Assembly (NCBI GenBank): GCA_018713745.1
Contig: DVOH01000022.1
Coordinates: forward strand, 10,615 to 74,614
DNA: 64,000 nt
DNA from: Candidatus Stercoripulliclostridium merdipullorum
GTDB taxonomy: Bacteria > Bacillota > Clostridia > Christensenellales > DTU072
Direction: 5' to 3'
Part shown: in pieces, positions 58,201-64,000 of the stretch
Layout: each line of letters starts with the position of its first letter
Position numbering within the stretch: the first letter of the stretch is position 1
Made by a program: the position numbers and the translations under genes
Notes under the pieces: generated by a model
Databases searched by the model: none
Told to the model about the DNA's origin: nothing
The model's input: the letters and a program-made list of their open reading frames with translations, nothing else

Positions 58201-59549
58201 TGCAATATGGCATCGTCCATCCCCTTTTCGTCGGAAATAAATTTGGATACGACAATCATCGTAGCGTGTTCGACGGGTATCTTCTCAAATCCCATCTTCG
58301 GGAGGGGGCGTTTGGGAATCAGTGCGGCAAGCGTCCGATTGACAAAGCACTCCGCGACAAACCATAACGGAAGGACGGAAACGACACCGACGGCAACCGA
58401 TCGCGTCAAAAATCCTCCTGCGACGGCAAGACCCGCCGTCAGCAACGCTACCGATGCGATATACCCCCACTGACGGATCTTGTCGCTTCTTCCCCGACGC
58501 TTCAATCGGATATAATCGTCCGAACGGACATACCGCCCGAACGACCGTCTGTGATCAAACAGAATTTCGCCCGGGTCAAGACGATTGAATGCGGCATAGG
58601 ACATCAGCTTGCGCGCGACAACGGTTTCGCTGACGTTTAATTTCTCCGAAAGATCGGAAATCGCCTGAAGATAACGCTTGCGCGTTGCAAAATCCATCCC
58701 GGCATAACAACCGTATGTCGCAAGCAGCTGTTCGATCCGAGATACGCCGAGCAGTCGCTCCTCCCCCGCTTCCGCCTGAAAATTGCGCAGAAGTTCAAAA
58801 AGATACCGCGCATTCTGTCCCGTTTCCACAACCGACAAACCGGCATGAAACGCAGTATCTTCGGGATCGAACCCGAGATTGATCAGTTTTTCTTTGAACT
58901 CGGCACGCCGAAACAAAAACGAAACGTACAGGTCGCTGGTCAGATATTTTTTAATCAAACCGCCCTTTTGCGCTTTCTTCCTGACCTTTTCGTAAAACAA
59001 CAGTCGCTCGGCAAGAATATAAACCTGCTCGACGGCGGCATAACGCACGGCGTCCCCGAAACAGCAGATTTCTTCAAACGTCAAATGCGCCTCCCGATCG
59101 GCAGTTTCGAGCGCCAACCGTACGCGGTCGAAATTAAGTTTGTTTTTGGAGTGATCGACGAGATATCTTGCAAATTTCAGAATTCTGATTTCGCCGTCGC
59201 TGTGCGGAAGCGACCCGAAACGCCTCCCGTCCATTCCGTCCAACATCCGCAAGGCAAGAAAGACGTTTTCGTGAAACCACCGTTCCCCTTCGTTCAGGAC
59301 AAGATCGCGTCCGATTTTTTGCCTGATCAATGCCGCCGCTTGCCGCATCGGTCGGGACAGAGCGGGAAGCCTGACCCCCTTTCCGCGTTCGACGACGCGC
59401 GCGGTTCGGGCAAGCGCGCGGATTCCGTAAACAAAATCCTCGTCTTCGCGGGTATCGACCACCCGCTTTTCGGGATAATCCGATCGGATCGTCAGCAACA
59501 ACGAAAGAATACAGGCAATTACTACAACAAATAAAACAAACAGTATCAT
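52221..59549 (-). CDS. cyclic beta-1,2-glucan synthase-like multidomain membrane enzyme (GT84 + middle (alpha/alpha)6-type domain + GH94 phosphorylase-like domain)
   Basis: 2442 aa. TM blocks at aa 1-22, ~362-405 and ~715-885. GT motifs ERKRGALN, IPIDEDN, SHDIIEG, KKRWARGDLQ (nt ~57450-58277). TSPTNIGF (aa 937-944). GH94-type GATGFRDQLQD, GSGDWNDG (GDWND = 53139-53153), GGQYTHAA. Confidence 0.8.
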   Translation of the reverse strand: MILFVLFVVVIACILSLLLTIRSDYPEKRVVDTREDEDFVYGIRALARTARVVERGKGVRLPALSRPMRQAAALIRQKIGRDLVLNEGERWFHENVFLALRMLDGMDGRRFGSLPHSDGEIRILKFARYLVDHSKNKLNFDRVRLALETADREAHLTFEEICCFGDAVRYAAVEQVYILAERLLFYEKVRKKAQKGGLIKKYLTSDLYVSFLFRRAEFKEKLINLGFDPEDTAFHAGLSVVETGQNARYLFELLRNFQAEAGEERLLGVSRIEQLLATYGCYAGMDFATRKRYLQAISDLSEKLNVSETVVARKLMSYAAFNRLDPGEILFDHRRSFGRYVRSDDYIRLKRRGRSDKIRQWGYIASVALLTAGLAVAGGFLTRSVAVGVVSVLPLWFVAECFVNRTLAALIPKRPLPKMGFEKIPVEHATMIVVSKFISDEKGMDDAILHLKTLRAGCREPNVTTALLVDLKASDSPVHSGDAAILEQAKKAENLENIFVFVRKRTKTGKRYAAYERKRGALNALARALVEGDWSDFSYRSAEVPIMPAYLIPIDEDNQFAPDGVRHLINLIAHPANAKYDLIAPESRYDRYSMGTAYGRFWYRQSSLLRYPDATSLFYDVFGRGIFCGKGIVRLRAFYAKLKGVFPDNKVLSHDIIEGAILNTASGGVIYEDAPRTFLSDRNRKKRWARGDLQLLPFVGRSWRKQNGERYRSQIAPIYKYLMLRNAARVVMPPVLFALGVMSFAIPYAAIVFAVAALGETLCDLLGILRRGILAKLRLRYMVKDGLQSVVSGITETALLPYYAFDQLILTASVVYKAATGGNMLEWKTYAAAQSEGGKFAAAFAPSLAVSVGIGMLLWGVSVPYLWYFVAISGCYIVAALWSASGSMTPNAPCNPSPELKEYAEAVYRYFTYMRNENGLIADNLQIKPYKGMSRTTSPTNIGFQMIAEICAYRLGFSTKDACVAVLKKILDEVDALEKWRGNLYNWYDVNDRSVKIPFVSSVDSGNFVAALAVVKGFALAEGLSELSERADRLIRATDLGALFDSDRKLMRLGYDAKSGKFTGYYDLLASEARLTGLLYIAYGGDAAHWNALSRDVTPAKGNTLLSWSGTAFEYLLPDLFLRPAAGSLLFCASAHAAKMQCARKFRGLSGISESGYYAFDDELRYQYRAFGLDALALGRDKEVPVVSPYSSFLTIGYCPKASLRNLNAMKKRGLYADYGFYEAVDLSGRDRVVASYMTHHQGMTMLALTEAITEGAVERYLLALPEIRAVRLLLTEEQEQRVSYQKIGENRKIESKYDREYYEIIDKIEYSESAAGLTDGTLSLYGNARGNGWIGANGTTVNAFDPDDMRGAFRFYFDADDGTSGVPTFASCQSNPEAFTFAYRPEGLRYENKENGLSAEYVLEQSLGMVVVRLSDERERSGRWSVYAPLSLTSLEGYRAHPSYNGLFVHTEFLPEYNAVIAHKKLKKGENQTFWGFVTRKLSRVRYETNRFRAIGRGGSTCKPPCTETREDPMYPSFGDVLDPCIALSGETEGGAVEIVTVWARSREELIDKLAKIPQDAFDFAVSADNSLKISHETCRLLGPMTEGRYQEEFLYEIERSGRRAAFFAANGYRKLMVFRLEEGDTAGFKKFLQAVCQLRLFGCHPSVAVRCSSNALRKEAERLLRAYAVDGRIYLPEQGKDDLCDFAFVVTEQDGSMFLRSASANRFSVVRYAEESGSRPLQFDFKSGAGGFIGRDYYLSERPELPYSNVVCGRKGGFVATENGGGFIYFGNSRERRLTRFFGDPVLDPPCETIDVEIAGCRYRLNGGAVTAHARGETRFRKEIDGICFETVYRIEEEGGVKLTEIDCFNPDRIPLILRYSMAFERGSGFLYAVAEQPTEVRFCDLQKNFGAIWSVSAEGADISLRADGGGMDAELILPCKTHIKIAFAVSEGCHAYRPQQNTSPAVRRSDDWVNLDAITIETEFPALDRLFNDWLLYQTVSSRLNGKCGFYQVGGATGFRDQLQDVLCLLQVDPSRAREQILYAAARQYPEGDVMHWWHHPYFGLRTRISDDKLFLPYVTARYVSTTGDRSILEESVPFVVSPPLTQHEHDRYECAAVGTERATLAEHCLRAIKNALKTGRHGLLLIGSGDWNDGMDACGAKGEGESVMTTMFAVLVMREFGKLCSDDVRQKLDVIAQKLKFSLETYAFDGNHYLRMYDDEGKPYGADACDALRIDSVAQSMAVFAGLSAERTARAVDAAVQRLCNPDAGIVRLLDPPLTEKDYIGYISLYPQGVRENGGQYTHAAIWLIIALSRIGAKDLAFRWFQTLNPVEKCRDEDRNHRYGGEPYVLSGDVYGGRYPGRMGWSWYTGSASWAYVYILEELFGIRKSGEKLRIHPSFPSGFGNARLRYRYAGGELLIRFCPAACERVCYDGVLWRKGRDIPLAPGSHEVVFEYAAM

Positions 59550-59608
59550 AACAACGCACCTTTCCCGATTATTCCCAGCAACGGTAGCATTATTCAGCCC
59601 GAAAGCGA

Positions 59609-59637
59609 TTGCAATTTGTGCCGGGATACGTTATAAT
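59609..59637 (+). promoter_or_regulatory. sigma-A-type promoter of rnpB
   Basis: TTGCAA (59609-59614), 17 nt, TATAAT (59632-59637). The predicted start near 59644 coincides with the first base of the P1 helix. Confidence 0.75.
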
Positions 59638-59640
59638 ACC

Positions 59641-59962
59641 GATGAGTTAGCCGAACGGTCGCATCGCAAGATGAGGAAAGTCCGAGCACCACAGGGCAAG
59701 AGTGGCAGGTAACGCCTGCTGAAGGCGACTTCAAGGATAGTGCAACAGAAATAAACCGCAGCGCAAGCTGTAAGGGTGGAAAGGTGCGGTAAGAGCGCAC
59801 CGGCAGTTCGGAGACGAAATTGGCCGTGTAAACCCCACTCGGTGCAAGAGAAAAGAGCATAAGGGTTGCCCGCCCGCTCCGCAATCGCTTGAACCCGAGG
59901 GCGACCTCGGGTCTAGACAGATGACCGTTTAAGACAGAACTCGGCTTACAGACTAACTCACA
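59641..59962 (+). ncRNA. rnpB: RNase P RNA, bacterial type A
   Basis: Universal GAGGAAAGUCCG (P4 5' strand), CAGGUAACGCCUG, AGUGCAACAGAAA, GGGUGGAAAGGUGCGGUAAGAGCGCACC, and AGACAGAACUCGGCUUACAG (P4 3' strand) align block by block with E. coli M1 RNA. P1 pairs GAGUUAG (59644-59650) with CUAACUC (59953-59959). Flanked by a consensus promoter and a terminator. Confidence 0.95.
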
Positions 59963-59965
59963 TTC

Positions 59966-59991
59966 AAAAACGCCCCGAACGGGGCGTTTTT
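59966..59991. terminator. bidirectional intrinsic terminator between rnpB (+) and the phosphatase gene (-)
   Basis: aaaaacgcccc-gaac-ggggcguuuuu: a GC stem flanked by an A tract and a T tract. Confidence 0.9.
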
Positions 59992-60011
59992 GCAAAAATC
60001 CGAAGATCCTA

Positions 60012-60509
60012 TTATCCGTGTTGCTTGGGGTCGGCGGACAAGACTTCCTGCCGCAAACGCTCGGCATACCGCTCGAGATACCGTTTGATTTCGTCCATGA
60101 CGGCGTAATATCCTTCGATGTCTTTTTTGAGAAAGGGATCGGGAATCGGCGTATAGTGACCGGTCGCCGCTTCCGACAGCATAACGACTTTATTGCGGAA
60201 TCGACGCGGCGTAAAAAATCGATGTCCGCGCGTCATTCCGATAATAACGTCGGCTTCGGCAAACGTCACGGGATCGTCACGCTTATAACGCGGGCGATGG
60301 GCGTCGATTTCGGAGGCGGAAAACCCTTCGCGCAAAAGAGCAAGTTTGGCTTTGGGGTGGATGGTTTTCATCCGATTGATAACCGCCGCGCTTTTGACCC
60401 ACTCGACGTTTGCGGACAAAACGGGGTCTTCTGCGACCATACGACGGAACACAAATTCGCAATACGGACTGCGGCAGATATTGGAGGAACAGATAAACAA
60501 TACTTTCAT
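60012..60509 (-). CDS. low-molecular-weight protein-tyrosine/arginine phosphatase family protein
   Basis: MKVLFICSSNICRSP (CX5R(S) P-loop) and an IPDPF acid loop. Confidence 0.85.
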   Translation of the reverse strand: MKVLFICSSNICRSPYCEFVFRRMVAEDPVLSANVEWVKSAAVINRMKTIHPKAKLALLREGFSASEIDAHRPRYKRDDPVTFAEADVIIGMTRGHRFFTPRRFRNKVVMLSEAATGHYTPIPDPFLKKDIEGYYAVMDEIKRYLERYAERLRQEVLSADPKQHG

Positions 60510-60515
60510 ATTCCG

Positions 60516-60544
60516 ATTATATCATATTCCGCCCTGCGCCGCAA
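60516..60544 (-). promoter_or_regulatory. sigma-A-type promoter directly abutting the LMW phosphatase gene
   Basis: TTGCGG (60539-60544), 17 nt, TGaTATAAT (-10 at 60516-60521), 6 nt, ATG; no SD. Confidence 0.55.
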
Positions 60545-60549
60545 CCGAA

Positions 60550-61260
60550 TTACAGCTCGAGACGCTCTTTGACGATCCCCTCCTTCATTTTGCGTAGCGA
60601 TGCCTTTTCGATCCGCGAAACATAACTGCGCGAAATCTTCAGTCGGTCGGCAACTTCCTGTTGCGTCAGCGACACTCCGTTCGTCAGCAAGCCGAAGCGC
60701 AGCGTCAGAACCGTGCGCTCTCTGTCGGTGAGATATTTTTTCATCAACCGAACCAGATTTTCGCGCAAAAGGCGGTTTTCGAGATTCTGATAGACGCTTT
60801 CTTCGTCTTCGCACAAAACGTCGATCAGCGCAAGCTGATTGCCGTCTTTGTCCGAACCGATGTTTTCGTACAGCGAAACGTTGCTTTGCAGCTTTTTGCG
60901 GCTTCGCATCGTCATCAGAATTTCGTTTTCGATGCATCGGCTTGCATAGGTAGCAAGCTGGGTTCCCTTGCCTTCCGAATACGTTTTGATCGCTTTCATC
61001 AAGCCCAGCGTACCGACCGAAATCAACTCGTCCTGATCGGGATAATTGGTGTATTTTTTTGCAATGAACACCACCAAGCGGAGATTGTGACGGATCAGAA
61101 TATCGCGGGCATCCTTGTCCCCCTGCCGCGCGCGTTCGAGATAATACTTTTCCTTTTCGGGCGAAAGCGGATGCGGAAACGAGTTGCCGCTGTCCAGCCG
61201 AGAGGTAAACAACAAAACGTTGGACAGCAATGCAAAAAATCCCTCGATAATAATAGGCAA
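60550..61260 (-). CDS. sigK: sporulation sigma factor SigK (pro-sigma-K), uninterrupted
   Basis: Aligns by eye with B. subtilis sigma-K: SFPHPLSPEKEKYYL, HNLRLVVFIAKKY, GKGTQLATYASRCIENEILM, ISRSYVSRIEK. The pro-sequence length equals that of B. subtilis when started at TTG 61258-61260. Confidence 0.88.
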   Translation of the reverse strand: MPIIIEGFFALLSNVLLFTSRLDSGNSFPHPLSPEKEKYYLERARQGDKDARDILIRHNLRLVVFIAKKYTNYPDQDELISVGTLGLMKAIKTYSEGKGTQLATYASRCIENEILMTMRSRKKLQSNVSLYENIGSDKDGNQLALIDVLCEDEESVYQNLENRLLRENLVRLMKKYLTDRERTVLTLRFGLLTNGVSLTQQEVADRLKISRSYVSRIEKASLRKMKEGIVKERLEL

Positions 61261-61309
61261 CCTCCGTTACGCCTATTATATTCGAGGGAAGGAAAAATGT
61301 TGTCCTTTG

Positions 61310-62143
61310 TCAACGAAAATCGGGAGAAATCGAAAATTGTCGACCGTCCAATGCCGAAAGCGGAGAATCGGCGGGAAACCGGAATGCGATTTTGTATGCC
61401 GTCAGCAACTGAAATTTGGCACGATATCGACGGTTCAGGTCGTAATCGCCGTATTTGGGGTCCCCGACGACGGGATGTCCGATGTGGGCAAGGTGGGCGC
61501 GGATCTGGTGCGTCCGACCGGTATGCAACAGGATTTCAACCAGGGTCGCCCCCTCTCTTTTTTCGATCGGAAAGACATCGGTCAAGACGGTCAACGCCCC
61601 TTTGGTCGGAGCGTCCACGATGCGAACTTCGCCTTTTTCGGCATCTTTCAGCAAAAAGTGCTTCAGTTTCAGCGGAGCGGCAATCTCGCCTCCGACCAGC
61701 GCAAGATAGCGCTTTTCGACGCGCCCCTCTTTGAATGCCGCAAGCATTGCGCGCTCGGCGGTCGGCGTCTTTGCCAACACCAGAAGCCCCTGCGTATTGG
61801 TATCCAGTCGGTGGCAAAGCCGATAAGGAAGGTTGTCCTTACGCGCGGCAAGGCGGGCAAACGTTTCGCTCTGCATTCCGCGCGGCTTCAATGCAAGCAC
61901 CACAAAGTCGTCTTCGTAAACCGCGGTATACGAAAATTGAAACAGTTTGGCTTCGTCGGCATACACTTCCACACGGTCGCCGCCGTGCAACAAAACGTCC
62001 TCTCCCGTACGCTTTCCGTTGACTTTGACGTCTTTTGTACGCAACAAAACGCGGAAATAACGGTAACTCAGTTCGGGCAATTTTTCACCCAAAAATTTAC
62101 TCAGTTTAAGCGGTTTGACACCGCCGTATACAAATTCTCTCAT
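61310..62143 (-). CDS. RluA-family pseudouridine synthase
   Basis: S4-like N-terminus, HRLDTNTQGLLVLAK, HQIRAHL. Confidence 0.88.
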   Translation of the reverse strand: MREFVYGGVKPLKLSKFLGEKLPELSYRYFRVLLRTKDVKVNGKRTGEDVLLHGGDRVEVYADEAKLFQFSYTAVYEDDFVVLALKPRGMQSETFARLAARKDNLPYRLCHRLDTNTQGLLVLAKTPTAERAMLAAFKEGRVEKRYLALVGGEIAAPLKLKHFLLKDAEKGEVRIVDAPTKGALTVLTDVFPIEKREGATLVEILLHTGRTHQIRAHLAHIGHPVVGDPKYGDYDLNRRYRAKFQLLTAYKIAFRFPADSPLSALDGRQFSISPDFR

Positions 62144-62146
62144 GAA

Positions 62147-62602
62147 TCAGTTGCGGGAAATCAGTTTTTCGATTTCTTCTCTCAGCGTGTTGATATCTTT
62201 AAACTGTCGATGAACGGACGCAAACCGAACATACGCGACTTCGTCCAGAGCTTTCAGCCCTTCCATGACCATATCCCCGATTTTTTTGCTGCTGATTTCC
62301 TGCGCCAACGTGTTGTTGACCTGCTTTTCGATATCGGAAACCAGTTTTTCGATTTTTGCCATCGGGACGGGACGCTTTTCGCATGCCTTGATGATGCCGT
62401 TCTTGATCTTTGCGAGATCGAACATCTGACGGTTCCCGTTGGATTTGATGACGAGAATGGGTGTGGATTCGATTTTTTCGTACGTCGTATACCGTTTGTT
62501 ACATTCGGTACACTCCCGCCGACGGCGGATGCTGGTCCCGTCTTCGGATACGCGGGAGTCAATTACTTTGCTGTCCATACAGCTGCAAAAAGGACACTTC
62601 AT
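62147..62602 (-). CDS. nrdR: transcriptional repressor NrdR
   Basis: MKCPFCS...[12 protein letters not shown] zinc ribbon plus an ATP-cone. ATG 62602 has GGGAGGTG upstream; the track ORF starts at 62620. Confidence 0.94.
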   Translation of the reverse strand: MKCPFCSCMDSKVIDSRVSEDGTSIRRRRECTECNKRYTTYEKIESTPILVIKSNGNRQMFDLAKIKNGIIKACEKRPVPMAKIEKLVSDIEKQVNNTLAQEISSKKIGDMVMEGLKALDEVAYVRFASVHRQFKDINTLREEIEKLISRN

Positions 62603-62619
62603 AACTTCACCTCCCGTCA

Positions 62620-62648
62620 ATTATATACGATCCCTGCCGAAATGTAAA
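62620..62648 (-). promoter_or_regulatory. sigma-A-type promoter of nrdR-rluA-family operon
   Basis: TTTACA (62643-62648), 17 nt, TATAAT (62620-62625); 17-nt leader with a GGGAGGTG SD. Confidence 0.6.
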
Positions 62649-62679
62649 TACCGCAACACTATTTGTATCGCATTTCTCC

Positions 62680-62706
62680 AAAAAGCAAGGACCTTTCGGT
62701 CCTTGC
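62680..62706 (-). terminator. intrinsic terminator after the FtsX-type permease gene
   Basis: gcaaggacc-gaaa-gguccuugc (9 bp) followed by uuuuu. Confidence 0.88.
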
Positions 62707-62710
62707 ACGA

Positions 62711-64000
62711 TCAGCTTTCGTATCGGAGTGCGGTGACGGGATCTTTGTTTGCCGCCATCCGTGCGGGAATAAAGCCCGAAATCAGCGTCAGCAATACGCT
62801 GATGCAGATCAGCACCAACGAGTGCCACCAGACCATAAACATCAGGTTGTCAACCCCTACTAGCTTCTTCAGAATGGCATTGACCGGGAAGGTCAAAATA
62901 AACGTTACGATAATACCGAGCACCCCGGAACAAAGCCCGAGAATTGCGGTTTCGGCATTAAACACCCTGCCGATATCGCGCTTACGCGCACCGATACTGC
63001 GCAAAATCCCGATTTCTTTGGTGCGCTCCAGCACCGAAATATAGGTGATGATCCCGATCATGATCGAAGATACCAACAACGAGATTGAAGTGAATCCGAC
63101 CAAACTCCAGGTGACGGTATTGCTAAGCGATGACACCAACGACATCATCATCCCGAGATTATCGTTATATTTAATGGTTTTTGCAGGATTTTGGGCGTTA
63201 TATCCGTCCAAAAAGGCGATAATCGCTTCTTTCGAGTCAAACGAATTGGCGATCAGCTCGATAGAAGAAGGATTGTTGACGTCGATCTCTCCGCCCATAA
63301 AGCGCATCACGTCTTTATAGTTGCGATCTCCCGTAAACGCGGCTCCCGTCGTAATGTCGATCTTGGGCGTCGCTTTTTGCGCAATCACCGCGGGATGGGC
63401 GGCGGCGCGTTGCATCAAGGCCTCTTTCAGTGCGGGCGTGTAGCCGACTTTGCCTTGAATAACGCCGTTCGTTACCCCTTCTTTGGGGCGGACAATCCCG
63501 ACGACTTTGACCGGCATACTGTTATTTTGAATATATTCGAAGGGTGCGTCGGTCAAACCGTAGTTGGAATAAAGGTCGCTTCCTTCGACGGGATAGTAAA
63601 AATCCGCTCCCGTCATGACGCGATATTCCATGCCGACCAGATCTTCAAACGAGAACGTTCGGTTGACGAAAGAATCCGACCCTGTCATTGCCGCCATGAC
63701 TTCCTCGATGCTCGCAGGCACCAAGCCCAACGTAAACAACATATAGTCGTCGATCTGATTGTAGCGGTCGACGCACAGGACGATTTCGTCCGCCGCGGAA
63801 GGCCAACGTCCGTTGCCCAGTACTTCGTACTGATTCTGCAAAAGAGATTCGCTGTAAACGAGTTCTTCCCAAACGGGGATTGCCGAAACATACGTTTCCA
63901 GCTTCTCGATCACGGCTTCAAACGGCGTACCCGCCATCATGGTTTTCATGGCGTCGATGATGGGATTGACGATAACGTATTTGTCGGGATCGGCGTAATT
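62711..64000 (-). CDS. ABC transporter permease, FtsX/MacB type (C-terminal part; the ORF stays open to the right window edge)
   Basis: Large extracytoplasmic domain followed by an FtsX-type 3-TM bundle (ERTKEIGILRSIGARKRDI...). Codons upstream of the M at 63949 remain open to 64000. Confidence 0.85.
   Translation of the reverse strand, partial: NYADPDKYVIVNPIIDAMKTMMAGTPFEAVIEKLETYVSAIPVWEELVYSESLLQNQYEVLGNGRWPSAADEIVLCVDRYNQIDDYMLFTLGLVPASIEEVMAAMTGSDSFVNRTFSFEDLVGMEYRVMTGADFYYPVEGSDLYSNYGLTDAPFEYIQNNSMPVKVVGIVRPKEGVTNGVIQGKVGYTPALKEALMQRAAAHPAVIAQKATPKIDITTGAAFTGDRNYKDVMRFMGGEIDVNNPSSIELIANSFDSKEAIIAFLDGYNAQNPAKTIKYNDNLGMMMSLVSSLSNTVTWSLVGFTSISLLVSSIMIGIITYISVLERTKEIGILRSIGARKRDIGRVFNAETAILGLCSGVLGIIVTFILTFPVNAILKKLVGVDNLMFMVWWHSLVLICISVLLTLISGFIPARMAANKDPVTALRYES

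Noticed and set aside
59594-60067. A 157-aa minus-strand ORF.
   Set aside because: It lies entirely over the RNase P RNA gene and its terminator, so it is an artefact of an RNA gene lacking stops in one frame.
60550-61260. A skin-like prophage or recombinase insertion in sigK.
   Set aside because: The gene is continuous across all four sigma regions, and no recombinase gene is nearby.
61184-62647. A 487-aa plus-strand ORF (and the overlapping 357-aa ORF at 60661-61734) running antisense across sigK, the RluA-family gene and nrdR.
   Set aside because: It crosses three well-supported minus-strand genes and two intergenic promoter regions. Its composition is typical of antisense translation. 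Similar cases at 11009-12007, 13543-14550, 25942-26961, 27424-28524, 36624-37610 and 40793-41887 are rejected for the same reason.
62651-62669. A possible NrdR box (ACACTATTTGT) just upstream of the nrdR promoter.
   Set aside because: Only one half of the 16-bp palindromic consensus matches, and there is no second box at the usual ~31-bp phasing. This is most likely chance.
1-64000. I looked across the whole window for tRNA or rRNA genes, CRISPR arrays, transposases or integrases, toxin-antitoxin pairs, restriction-modification genes and other defence genes.
   Set aside because: None recognised. Intergenic spaces are short (mostly under 160 nt) and are accounted for by promoters and terminators. 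Apart from the two surface proteins, the giant synthase, the exonuclease and the SSB-like gene, every sizeable ORF has a housekeeping or sporulation assignment, or (for the ABC exporter pair and the FtsX/MacB-type permease) a generic transporter assignment of unknown substrate. A profile-based scan (DefenseFinder/PADLOC, tRNAscan-SE, Infernal) would be the decisive check.

Overview
This is a core-chromosome segment of a spore-forming Firmicute, probably Clostridia-like (uninterrupted sigK, yunB, a PdaB-type deacetylase, Firmicute operon orders). It looks moderately GC-rich by eye; I did not compute GC. I call 54 protein genes plus RNase P RNA. 53 of the 54 CDS lie on the minus strand, tightly packed and often overlapping by 1-4 nt. 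Only the class A PBP gene and rnpB are on the plus strand.

Gene order by coordinate:
- YnbB-like PLP enzyme (partial)
- miaA-mutL-mutS-miaB
- class A PBP (+)
- thiI plus cysteine desulfurase
- mutS2, pheT-pheS, yunB, an endonuclease-IV-like gene
- ribF-truB-nrnA-rbfA-infB-ylxQ-ylxR-nusA-rimP
- rluD-lspA-sepF-yggS
- a tandem-OB SSB-like protein and a PdaB-like deacetylase
- a 1140-aa lipoprotein with InlB-B-type repeats and BspA-type LRRs
- a protein with a PolC-type N-terminus, an OB fold and a DEDDh exonuclease, sitting in the usual polC slot
- ispG-rseP-dxr-cdsA-uppS-frr, pyrH, tsf-rpsB
- an MBG-repeat surface protein
- ppiB-DUF1292-ruvX, an ABC exporter pair, rubrerythrin, rarA
- a 2442-aa cyclic beta-1,2-glucan-synthase-like giant
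- rnpB (+), an LMW phosphatase, sigK, an RluA-family synthase, nrdR, and a partial FtsX/MacB-type permease

I saw no tRNA, rRNA, CRISPR, transposase, integrase or phage genes. I do not see a compact multi-gene novel system such as a defence island; most of the window is housekeeping.

Items worth a second look:
1. The stand-alone giant glucan-synthase-like gene.
2. The PolC-derived exonuclease protein replacing polC in its conserved slot.
3. Five operon-leading genes with a near-consensus promoter whose -10 box lies only 6-9 nt before the ATG and no Shine-Dalgarno (apparent leaderless mRNAs).
4. Two large repeat-rich surface proteins appended to housekeeping operons.
5. A tail-less two-OB SSB-like protein.
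6. Structured leaders upstream of rimP and rpsB.

Functional calls come from motif recognition by eye in the supplied translations. Promoters, terminators and RNA structures come from reading the DNA. No searches were run.
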